Under the pieces are notes generated by a model that was not told the DNA's origin, made no database searches, and saw only the letters and a list, made by a program, of their open reading frames with translations. From Mustelus asterias (taxonomy: Eukaryota), in NCBI RefSeq assembly GCF_964213995.1, contig NC_135813.1, forward strand, positions 101,680,001-101,744,000: a stretch of DNA of 64,000 bases. The letters are read 5' to 3'. Of the stretch, positions 37,987-49,089 are shown in pieces; the first letter of the stretch is position 1; each line of letters starts with the position of its first letter. Made by a program: the position numbers and the translations under genes.

Positions 37987-38186
37987 NNNNNNNNNNNNNN
38001 NNNNNNNNNNNNNNNNNNNNNNNNNNNNNNNNNNNNNNNNNNNNNNNNNNNNNNNNNNNNNNNNNNNNNNNNNNNNNNNNNNNNNNNNNNNNNNNNNNNN
38101 NNNNNNNNNNNNNNNNNNNNNNNNNNNNNNNNNNNNNNNNNNNNNNNNNNNNNNNNNNNNNNNNNNNNNNNNNNNNNNNNNNNNNN
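37987..38186. other. Assembly gap (200 N)
   Basis: A run of exactly 200 N, a placeholder of unknown true size. Confidence 1.
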
Positions 38187-39322
38187 AAAGGCTAAGAATG
38201 GTGCTATTAACATCCATTAAGAGATCGGAATGTGTAACTGGCAGAACAAAGGTGCAGGACAACTGGAGGCAGATGGCCTAGTGGGGTGGGGTAACAAGAT
38301 GGAAAGTGAGATTTTAAGAATTGGACAAACAAAATGATGGAAGAAATGAAAAATAATTATTATGGATTCGTAAGAAAAAAAAGAAATTAATAAAAGAAAT
38401 GGAAGTGGGGTGCAAGTGGAGGGAAGAATTCATGCTCTGAAATTGTTGAACTCAATGTTAAGTCCAGAAGGCCGTAAAGTGCCTAATCGGAAGATAAGGT
38501 GCTGTTCTTTCAGCTTTTGTTGGCTTTCACTGGAATATTGGGGTTAGTTGAAAGTATGTCATATGAACAAGTTAAGCTTGATGAGGGCAGATGTAAGGTG
38601 GAAGGAAAGTAGAATGAGAAAGTCAGAATTAGAGTGCGTGGGTGTTGAAGAGAGGTTGGGATGGGAGGAAGCACTGAGGCAACTGTACAGATGACCTTCA
38701 TCCTAAAGGTGAGGAAGTCCTTGTGCTCCATGGATGTGGTATTTAGGGTGGATGGCTGAGATAGAGGGATGCAAGGTTGCTGTTGGCCATGAAAAAATAA
38801 ATAGCCTAGAATTGCTTTTATTCTTCAGCATGATTCTGGAGTGGACTTAGCAGAGGAAAGCAAGACATGGCAATGCTTGATAGATATGGATCTTAATCCA
38901 ACAAAATAATCATGGGAAGATCTCATCATCGGCTGTTCCAACACAGTAAACCCAAACTGGATCTGACTCAGTGAAAGGAATTGTCACTGAAATATTCACA
39001 TGTGGTTTTCCATTAATCTCCTCAATATAAAAGAAAAACAGCCATTAAAATCTCAGCAGGATCCCTTGATATTGCAGCCACTTTTTCCAGTGAATAGATG
39101 AGCCATAATGATCTGGAAAATCCCACGCTCCAGCCTTAATAAATCCTAATCTCAGTGTGTGTAGTAGTTGGTGTGGTGGTGTAGTGCAATGAGCCTTGTC
39201 ATGCATGGGCTGGAGGGCGGTGGGGGTTGAGGGGGGGGGGGGAATAATTAGCCAAAAAGGTTCCTCTCCCAGTGACTATCCTGTGAAACCTATGAGGAAG
39301 CACAGTGTGGACCTGGGATGAT

Positions 39323-39620
39323 AAGTTTAAGTTTATTCATTAGTGTCACAAGTAGGCTTACATTGACACTGCAATGAAGTTACTGTGAAAATCCCCTAGT
39401 CACCACACTCCGGCACCTGTTCGGATACACCGAGGGAGTGTTTAGCACGGCCGATGCACCTAACTAGCACGTCTTTCAGACTGTGGGAGGAAACCGGAGT
39501 GTCTGGAGGAAACCCACGCAGACATGGGTGGAATTCTGCGCAGGCAGTGTCCCAAGCCGGGAATCGAACCCAGGTCCCCGGCACTGTGCGTGCAGTGCTA
39601 ACCATTGTGTCACCGTGCCG
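39323..39620 (-). mobile_element. HE1-headed SINE, alternative tail
   Basis: Reverse-complement match to 33107-33392. Confidence 0.88.
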
Positions 39621-40702
39621 ACAGGGCATCAAGGTTGGTTGTGATAGCCTTCATTTCTGAATAAGCAAACAAAACTTCATTGTCACTGTTCTCGAGAAGA
39701 ATGGTACCACCTAAATGAGGTGCCCGAGGGTGGCTGCCACTTATGTAACCACACCCCTGCAGTTGTGAACATATTGGGGAGAAAGGCCTGCCTTAGCTAC
39801 CTCCACGATACTTCACAATGGACCTTGGTTTAGTCAGTGTCTGTATAAAAGTTGGGGCCAGGTTAAGGGGGGTTAGGGATGTGGAGGGGAAATATTGGCA
39901 GTGGAGACACTCCAGCTGCACTTCCTGCCAAAGAGCGAGACAGAGAGAAAACAAAATCACACTGCTTTAAATATCAGCCCACTCTGACCCCATGAACTCT
40001 GCACATGTCTATCCCAGAGGCTCACGGCCAGGAAATGATCAGCAGTCACTTCCTTAGCTCCAACACACTGGATCTCTGAGCTAACCTGCAGCAATATAAA
40101 ACATATTGTCATTCCGTGATTGTACTCGGCAGCCATTAAATAAGATCCGCATTTACTACAGGAAGCGAGCATGTCCTGCCAATATCCCAGGAAAGACTCA
40201 CTGTTCATTCAGCCTATTGCATGCAGGCTCTTCCTGTCGCTCTGAAGTGACCTACAAGTCGTAACCACACAGATGGATCTAATGAACAAGACGGCTTCTG
40301 CTTAGGTCTCCTGCTATCCAGGAAAGAGACAGAAGGAGTTATTGTGTGAGAAAGGTTTCTGAACCGTGTGCTGAATTGAGAGTGGGTTTCACTTGGAGCT
40401 GTGGCTTTAAAGCTGTCCATTCTGCAGCACTCCACTGCCTCTTTAAACTGTTCCATATCTCAGTGACACAGGCCACAAGTCTGAGGGCACTGTACAATTA
40501 CCCCAGGGTTCTTTGGTGTTCATGCTGGTGAACTGGGGTCAGATGGAAGCTCGTTAATGTTCATTTCCATGGTAGCTGCCTGCATTGCTAGGGTGCGTGG
40601 CATGCTGTATATGTTGGCAAGTCTAATTAAAGACTTCTGAATAAGGGACAAGTTGGTCAGGTGGATCCCTCCCTGGAAACACCAGCACCACTTCCCACAT
40701 AA

Positions 40703-41019
40703 ATCATAGAGTCTCTATACTGCAGAAGGAGGCCATTCGGCCCATCAAGCCTGCACGGACAACAATCCCACCTGGGCCCTATCCCTGTAACCCCATGTAT
40801 TTATCTTGCTCGTCCCCCTGACACTAAGGGACAATTTAGCATGGCCAATCAACCTTACCCACACGTCTTTGGAGTGTGGGAGGAAACCTGAGCACCCGGA
40901 GGAAACCCACGCAGACACGGGGAGAGCATGCAAACTCTACACAGACAGTGACCCAAGTCCGGAATTGAACCCAGGTCCCCGGTGCTGAGGCAGCAATGCT
41001 AACCACTATGCCATCATGC
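40703..41019 (-). mobile_element. HE1 V-SINE, CR1-type tail
   Basis: Full head, core and tail. Confidence 0.92.
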
Positions 41020-41899
41020 TTCCTACATGATTTTTTTAATGAAACCCTCTCTTTGGGAATTAAGCAGCCTGAAGTCCCAAGGTGGGTCCCATCAGCCACT
41101 TGGAGACCTGGTCCAACTGGCTATTGATACTTTGGTAGACCTTTGAGAGACGCAGGGATGTTTGAACTCTAGACGGAGGAGCAGGTTTCACTGGGCTACA
41201 CTAACATCTACTCTGGACTGTCAAGGCATTGATGGAGATAAGGCACGCTTGAAAATAGCGCAGGACCCAGAAGAGGTTGCACAAGCCAAGAAAAAGCACA
41301 GTAACCAATGATGCAAAGATACAAAGAAAGAACAGTAAAGATCTAAAAAAAACCAATTGGAGTCATATCTGAAAAACGCCATCTGGCCTCATATTCTGAA
41401 GTTATTTAAATGGTTGTTGATTTTTGACTTGCTGCTGTTTCAACTACTAGTCCTCAGTGAAAGCTGAATTAAACCTTTCATTTATGCAACCAGCAGGCTA
41501 ACATCTGGAAGTACTTTACTCCCAACCCAGTCATCTATAGCATGTGTACCCAAGCGTCTTGAAGGCTAATATTATTCAGTGTGGACAATTCTTGTCCGGT
41601 TGTCTCAAATATCTGCAAATCTGTGATCTACTCACTGACCAAATTGAGTGTTCATTCTCACGTTAAGGCACAGGGCAGCCACAATCTTACAGCAATGGCA
41701 CATCAATCTCACAACTTTCATTTCAGCTGAAAGTAAATGCAATGTTTCTCTTCATTCCCTCTTGAAGGTATTGGGTTAAATTGTTTCCAATGCCTGGAGG
41801 GTAAATGGCTACGTTTCACTACTGCAGACCTCCGACGACTAGAGTGGTAATATTCCTCCTTCCTACTAGGGTTACCAACCTCCGCCGTTCTCCGCACTG

Positions 41900-42091
41900 C
41901 GCCCTCCCCCACTCTCCGCCCTCCCCCACTCTCCGCCCTCCCCCACTCTCCGCCCTCCCCCACTCTCCGCCCTCCCCCACTCTCCGCCCTCCCCCACTCT
42001 CCGCCCTCCCCCACTCTCCGCCCTCCCCCACTCTCCGCCCTCCCCCACTCTCCGCCCTCCCCCACTCTCCGCCCTCCCCCACTCTCCGCCC
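41900..42091 (+). repeat. Perfect 17-bp minisatellite (gccctcccccactctcc) x ~11
   Basis: Directly visible. It produces the 17-aa periodic ORFs in all frames and is followed by a degenerate ~20-bp ctgcactgctccc tract to ~42350. Confidence 0.95.
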
Positions 42092-42683
42092 TGTTTCTTC
42101 CGTGCTCTGCATTGCTGTCTCAGGGCTCTGTATAGCTCCCTTGAATTTCCGCACTGCTCCATCGTCGCTCTGCACTGCTCCCTTGACATCCTGCACTATA
42201 CCCAACACTCCACACTGTTCCCCTGATACTCCGCATTGCTTCCTCACGTCTCCACACTACTCCCTCGAGCCTCCATACTGCTCCCTTGACAATCTACAGT
42301 GCACACTCAACCCTCCATGTCGCTCTCTCGGTGCTCTGCACTGCTCCCTCGAGTTAACGTTTCAAGTCCAATATGATTCTTCATTAATGAAATGTTAACA
42401 CTGTTTTTCTCCCCATAGAGGCTGACTAATCTACTGAGTTTTAAAAATTTCGGCCTATGATTGTGCTAATTCTACAACTCAAGTCCTGGCATGCCAATGG
42501 ATTAACGTACACTAAACATGTTCACTAAAACAGCATTGAACATTCAGGTGTTAGCATCTCATGGAGGAATGTCAAGTCTTCAAATGTTTGTATGGACCAC
42601 CTGTTTATAATTTGTGTGGTTAAACAGCATTGAGCTCACAATGTATCATTATGGAATGTAGCTCTCTGTTCTCCAATACTTAC

Positions 42684-42812
42684 AAAAGGCCATGAAATCC
42701 TTTGTTGCAGACACATTCCCCAGTGGCAAAATGACAGAACCCATTGATGCAGTCAGTGCAAACCGAGTTACAATTTTCACCATAGGTACCATTTTGGCAT
42801 TTTAAGTCACAC
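42684..42812 (-). CDS. SCARF2: SCARF2 internal exon (~6), EGF-like repeat
   Basis: Not in the ORF track; read manually. Acceptor tttccttttgtaatag|G, donor TT|gtaagt; 129 bp, phase 2/2. Encodes CDLKCQNGTYGENCNSVCTDCINGFCHFATGECVCNKGFHGL(F). Confidence 0.93.
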
Positions 42813-43058
42813 CTATTACAAAAGGAAATAAAACATTATTGAAACAAGAAACTGCAATGATTAGTGCACAAAGTACTCTGTTAATATTCGATTAGTCATG
42901 GCGGACAGCATCAGCCACCAGAATATACACCATCGCCAACAAATAATTCTTTTAATTATCTGATTTGTATTACATCTGGTGACATTGATATCAGTATATA
43001 TGTAATCCTGCAAAGGTGCTACAATAAGACAGCAGGGAATGCAAACTTTTAAAATTAC

Positions 43059-43220
43059 ATGTAAAATGCCATGTAAGATGTTTTACGGTGATAAAGGTAC
43101 CATAGAATCACAGGTTGTGCCCCCAGAAACATTTTAGGTAAGCCTACAATTTTTGGGGGCACAACCTGTGATTCTATGGTACCTTTATCACCGTAAAACA
43201 TCTTACATGGCATTTTACAT
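43059..43220. repeat. Perfect 67-bp inverted repeat with 28-nt partly paired spacer
   Basis: 43059-43125 is the exact reverse complement of 43154-43220; identical peptides appear in + and - ORFs. Confidence 0.95.
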
Positions 43221-43239
43221 TGGGAAAGGGGAGATAATG

Positions 43240-43562
43240 GGGCAACACATGGCACAGTGGTTAGCACTGCTGCCTCACAGCACCAGGGACCAGGGTTCGA
43301 TTCCTGGTTTGGGTCACTGTCTGTGCAGAATCTGCACGTTCTCTCTGTGTCTGTGTGGGTTTCCTCCGGGTGCTCCGGTTTCCTCCCACAGTCCGAACGA
43401 CTTGCTGGTTAGGTGCATTGGTGCATTAGGTGCATTGGCCATGCTAAATCCTCCCTCAGTGTACCCGAACAGGCGCCGGAGTGTGGCAACTAGGAGATTT
43501 TCACAGTAACTTTATTGCAGTGGTAGTGTGAGCCTACTTGTGACATTAATAAATAAACTAAG
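43240..43562 (+). mobile_element. HE1-headed SINE, alternative tail
   Basis: Full length, with an internal ggtgcatt triplication. Confidence 0.9.
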
Positions 43563-44520
43563 CTAAAGAAGAGTAACACCAAACAGTAATACAGAGAAGA
43601 GTAATGAGAGGCATCTTCAGACACTGTCAAAGCAATAGGCTTTGAAGAAGCTTTTGAACATGAGAAATAGGACGAGATGGAATGATTTTTGGAAAAGAAT
43701 TTCAGATTTCAAGGGCATAAGGGCTGAAGGTTCTGCTGCCAATGCTGGATTGAAGACGAGCCAGGACAGATGGTAGCCAAGATCAGAAGAGTGCACAGTG
43801 TAGGATGGATGTAGAGTTGGAGGAGATCATTGAAGTGAATGACATGAGGGCACAGAGGAATTTGTGAACAAGGAAGAGGATTTTGAAATTGATGCTTTGG
43901 GCTCAGGGACATAGACTTTTGAATAAACGAGCAGATGTCAGTGTGCAATAGAAAATGGGTAGCAGGATTTTGGATGAGTTGAGGGTAGGAATGTAGAGAT
44001 TTTCAATGAGATAAATTAGCTTCAAGCATCCTTCCACTTGTTTTGGAGTATGCTAGAATTTTCTGTATCTGTTGAAGTGATATCTCATGAAAGCTAGCTT
44101 CCCATTAGCTCATAGAGTTTATCCATAAGCCAACAGAGTTTCTAGATTGTGTACACCTTCTGCACTTAAGTTGAGTTCTGTTCATGGTATGCTATGATTG
44201 GACCCCATGCACTTGGTTTACAGAGGGGAAATTTACTGAGGACTCCCGATTTATAATCAAAATCCAGTGGTCTCTATGTATATAGATGTCATGAATGACC
44301 TATCCTCGAATAGCATGGGGGACACACGGCTGTTTTAACTCAATCCTGAAGAATGGTTAACGATGCGAGGTATTGGTCAGATGGAACCAGACTCCAGCAA
44401 TTAGTCACTTCCCTCCAGAGAAACCAAATGGCAGAGAAAACTGGTGGGATGTAAAGTTGACAAGATATTCCCTCACAACCCTCATCATGATAACAATGAA
44501 TAGTCAAAGCAAGTCCTTAC

Positions 44521-44739
44521 TGAGCTCCTAGCCATCCTGGATTGCAGTGCAGACATCTCCCATCGATGTGGTTACAAGTGTGTCCGTCTTTGCAATGGGG
44601 ACATTGATCTCCGCACCCTTCCCCGTAGAAACCAGCAGAGCATATTTTATCACATTGAGTTCCATTCCATCCAGGCTCGCAGGCTAAGCATCGACCATCA
44701 GCGATCATACAGGGCTGAAGATTCTTGCACTGGCCACAC
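44521..44739 (-). CDS. SCARF2: SCARF2 internal exon (equivalent to human exon ~5), EGF-like repeats
   Basis: Acceptor ttttctgtgacattag|G, donor CA|gtaagg; 219 bp. Encodes CGQCKNLQPCMIADGRCLACEPGWNGTQCDKICSAGFYGEGCGDQCPHCKDGHTCNHIDGRCLHCNPGWLGAQ, closely matching the recalled mammalian SCARF2 segment CGQCKGQQPCTVAEGRCLTCEPGWNGTKC. Confidence 0.95.
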
Positions 44740-45282
44740 CTAATGTCACAGAAAAAGGATACGTTTGGATTTATTAAATAAAACAAGGTTGTTTAAAATC
44801 TACACGGCCTAAAAATGTCTTATTGTCATCAATGGATGAGTGCTTAATGATCTTTAGGCAGATGCTATTTTAATATAGACAGCAGACAGCTTATTTTAAA
44901 GGGGTGAAAGTATTTTCTAAAATAGTAATTTCCATGCTTCTATTTTCAACCCCTTTTTCCTTCCATGTAGGAAATCTGTCACTCTTTCCTGTTAACATCA
45001 GTAAGGAAGACTATACCCAGGAGCCAGTACTTTCAATTTCCAGTCTCTATTACATGATGTTGTTTTATTACTTTGGCTCCAATTCGTTTTAAAATTTGCA
45101 TATCTGATATGCGCCAGAGTTTAAAATCATCAATATTAATATTGTAATTAAATCCCGTCAATTAATTTTAACCATGTTGCCACTGGGCACTCTCTGATAC
45201 CACACTCCAGTGGTCATTCCATCACTACCTATTACATCACTGGATTGCAGGGTTATCTGGAACTAACTAAGAAGAACCCAAG

Positions 45283-45438
45283 TCTGAAAGACTGTGCAGG
45301 TTAGGTGCATTGGCCATGCTAAATTCTCCCTCAGTGTACCCAAACAGGCACCAAAGTGTGGCATCTAGGGCATTCTCACAGTAACTTCACAGTGTTAACG
45401 TAAGCCTACTTGTGACATTAATAAATAAAATAAATAAA
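45283..45438 (+). mobile_element. HE1 alternative-tail 3' fragment
   Basis: ttaggtgcattggccatgctaaattctccctcagtgtacc...ataaataaa. Confidence 0.85.
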
Positions 45439-46276
45439 AGTCTACACTTTCAGATCCCAATGAGACAAACAGATTGCACCTTGGAATACCACGGACCCAC
45501 CTGACTAAGTATTGGTTCCCAAGTCTTCAGTGGAGCATTGAGTTTGTATCTGTCCTGCATCCCAGAGACAATTCAACCCGAAAGAGATCCCACTTACCTC
45601 TCCCCAAAGGAAGCTAATCAGTAACTGTACATTTAAGGGGTGAGGGGTAAGCTCTCAAATAGCTCTCAGAACTCTTCCTTCCTGAGCAGTGAGCATCTCA
45701 ACTCAACATCAAATATGTGAATACGTTGCGTAAAACCTTCCGACGATAGCATGGACACATCTCATAACCAATGGTTAGGTACAGCAAATTTCGATGCAGA
45801 TGAAACATCCTTGTATGACGATCATCACACACTTGCAGCTAGATACACAGTAAAGCTTTTTCTTTACGATCACATGAATTATAGGAATTTATCATTCACA
45901 TATACCATCCCCACTGCCAAAACCCCTATCGTGTGTCAGGTATAAAACAGGTTAAATATAGAATCAATTTGCCTTTGCATGTTAACATGAAACCCTCTCA
46001 TGAAAGGTATGGATGATGTTAGATACAAAATGAAGTACCATCTACATGGTTTCACTGCACACTTTCAGGTAAAGCCCACAGAGAAATAGATTCAGAATAA
46101 AGCTCCCAATACACCACCCAACAATGGAATATTGTTGATGAACAAATCTTCTGTGTAACTACAAATCTTTTCCAGCTGGACTCGGCCTAGTCCAAAGCCA
46201 CACAGAACTGCAGACTGGATGAGTTTCGCCAACTCTATGCGAGGGTGCGCTCTCCACTGCAATGAAAAAAAATGTG

Positions 46277-48040
46277 ATCAGATTGTCGAGGGAGGAAGCG
46301 AATGTACTGCAGCCAAATTTGCAGATGACACCAAAATAGGTGGGAAGGCAAGTTGCAAGAGGGATACAGACAGTTTACAAAGAGATATTGATAAGTTAAG
46401 TGGGCAAAAAGTTGGCAAATGGAGAATCATGAGGGAAAATGTGAAGTTGTTAATTTTGGAAGGGAGAACAAAAGAACAGAGTATTATCTTAATGGAGAAA
46501 AATAGCAGAAAGCTGCAGCTCAAAGGGACTTGGGAATGCCTGTGCACAAAACACAGGAAGCTAGCACACTGGTGAAGCAAGTAATCAGGACGGCTAATGG
46601 AATGTTGGCCCTTAATTTCAAGGAGCTTAGAGTATAAGAGTTGGAAAGTCTTGCAGCAACTGTACAAGGTAAGAACAAAGAACAAAGAGCAAAGAAAATT
46701 ACAGCACAGGAACAGGCCCTTCAAGCCTGTACCGACCATGCTGCCCGACTAAACTAAAACCCCCTACCCTGCCGGGGACCATATCCCTCTATTCCCATCC
46801 TATTCATGTATTTGTCACTATCGTATCTGCTTCCACTATCTCCTCTGGCAGCGAGTTCCAGGCACCCACCACCCTCTGTGTAAAAAAACTTGCCTTGCAG
46901 ATCTCCTTTAAACCTTGCCCCTTAAACCTGTGCCCCCTAGTAATTGACTCTTCCACTCTGGGAAAAAGCTTCTGACCATCCACTCTGTCCAGGCCTCTCA
47001 TAATCTTGTAGACTTTTATCAGATCGCCCCTCAACCTCCATTGTTCCAGTGAGAACAAACCAAGTTTCTCCAACCTCTCTTCATAGCTAATGCCCTCCAT
47101 ACCAGGCAACATCGTGGTAAATCTTTTCTGTACCCTCTCCAAAGCCTCAAACATCCTTCTGGTAGTGTGGCGACCAGAATTGAACACTATATTCCACGTG
47201 CGGCCTAACTAAGGTTCTATAAAACTGCAACATGACTTGCCAATTTTTAAACTCAATGCCCCGGCTGATGAAGGCAAACATGTCGTATGCCTTCTTGACT
47301 ACCTTCTCCACCTGCGTTGCCACTTTCAGTGACCTGATTACCTGTGCACCCAAATCCCTCTGCCTATCAATACTCTTAAGGGTTCCGCCATTTACTGTAT
47401 ATTTCCTATCTGTATTAGACCTTCCAAAATGCATTGCCTCACATTTGTCCAGATTAAACTCCATCTGCCATCTCTCCACCCAAGTCTCCAACTGATTTAT
47501 GTCCTGCTGTATCCTCTGATGGTTCTCATCGCTATCCGCAAATCCACCAACCTTAGTGTCGTCCGCAAGCTTAATTATCAAACCAGTTACATTTTCCTCC
47601 AAATCATTAAACAGGTTGGGACTCTACTCATTGGAATTTAAAGGAATGAGAGGTGATTTAATTGAAACATATATGATTCTTAAGGGGCTTGACAGGGTAA
47701 ACGCTGAAAGGATGTTTCCTCTCATGGAAGAGTCTTAGACCAGAGGACAGAGTCTCAGGATAAAGGAGCACCAAATTAAGACTGAGATAAGGAGGAATTT
47801 TTTCTATCAGAGGGTTATGAGTCTTTGGAACTCCTTGCTCCAGACAGTTGAGGAGCCAGCGTCCTTGTGTACATTTAAGGCTGAGATAGATTATTGATCA
47901 GTAAGGGAATCAAGGGTTATGGGGAAAGGCTGCAAAGTGGATGTAAGGAATGTCGAATCAGCATGATCCTATAGTGGAGCAGGCTCAAGGTGCTGAATAG
48001 CCTTCTCCTGTTCCTATTTTTTATGATGTTATTATGGTCA
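46277..48040 (+). mobile_element. 5'-truncated CR1 LINE (outer), split by an inverted CR1
   Basis: [11 protein letters not shown] at ~46310. It resumes at ~47590 with LNRLGLYSLEFKGMRGDLIETY and a 3' UTR. Confidence 0.85.
46672..47589 (-). mobile_element. 5'-truncated CR1 LINE (inner)
   Basis: ORFs 47147-47602 and 46804-47187: KLADDTKVGG, WQMEFNLDKCEAMHFG, LVRPHVEYSVQFWSP, RLRGDLIKVYKIM; (ttctttg)n tail. Confidence 0.92.
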
Positions 48041-48279
48041 GCTAATCCTACCAGTCAAATACAAGGCAGAGCCAGAGACATCTTTTTGGTTTGAATGCCT
48101 TTAGTGAAGGGTCAAAGTTCATAGTGCAAGACACCATAAAGGTCAACATAGAAGAAAATAAGACAAGGTGGATCAAGGAATAGGTGACAACAGGTCAAGA
48201 TTTCAAAGCTTGTAGATTATAGGATACAGGAATGACTGAGAGAAATAAGGAACGTCAAAGAAGAATGAGAGAAAGCACT

Positions 48280-48608
48280 GGGTGGCACCGTAGCACAGTG
48301 GTTAGCACTGCTGCCTCACAGCTCCAGGGACCTGGGTTCAATTCCCGGCTTAGGTCACTGTCTGTGTGGAGTTTGCATGCTCTCCCCGTGTCTGCGTGGG
48401 TTTCCTCCGGGTGCTCCGGTTTCCTCCCACAGTCCAAAGATGTGCGGGTTAGATGGATTGGCTATGCTAAATTGCCCCTCAGTATCCTGGGGTGCATAGG
48501 TTCGAGGGATTAGCAGGGTAAATACGTGGGATTATGTGGATAAGGCCTGGGTGGGATTGTTGTTGGTGCAGACTCGATGGGCTGAATGCACTGTAGGGAT
48601 TCTATTCT
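48280..48608 (+). mobile_element. HE1 V-SINE, CR1-type tail
   Basis: Full head, core and tail. Confidence 0.92.
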
Positions 48609-49089
48609 GTGAAAAATATCTTGTTTTCAACAGCTTGGAGACAGGGAAAGGGAAAGTGAGCATACTTATGGAATAGGCTTCGGCTAACTGCTATTTATGG
48701 TGCATTTCTTGGCATTGGGGATGGTGCTAAGTGTACATCACATCCCCAATTCTCGACCGCAGCATGAAAGCTAGTTACCCATACAGACTGGGAAACCCAC
48801 CCATGTAGTTGTCTGGAGTTGGGTGAACTTGAAAACAGAAAAAAAACACATTTTCCCATCAGTAATAATTGAAACTTGGCATCGTTTTGTCTCCCTTCCC
48901 CCCCCCCTATCAAATGCACAAAACAGAGCATTTAGCCTCAAATTCGAAACACACTGGAACCTGCTACTCTTGGGAATTAATGACAAGGCGAATTCAACTC
49001 ACAGAGAACCAGTGTAATAACATACTGAAATGATACAGCAATACCTCAAATACAACAAACATTCAATACTCTGAAAAATGGATTGTTCC

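Noticed and set aside
37659-38262. ORFs spanning 37987-38186
   Set aside because: Artefacts of the N gap.
41718-42398. Repeat-protein ORFs (GEGGEWGRAESGGGRRV)n
   Set aside because: Translation of a 17-bp minisatellite; no splice signals or coding context.
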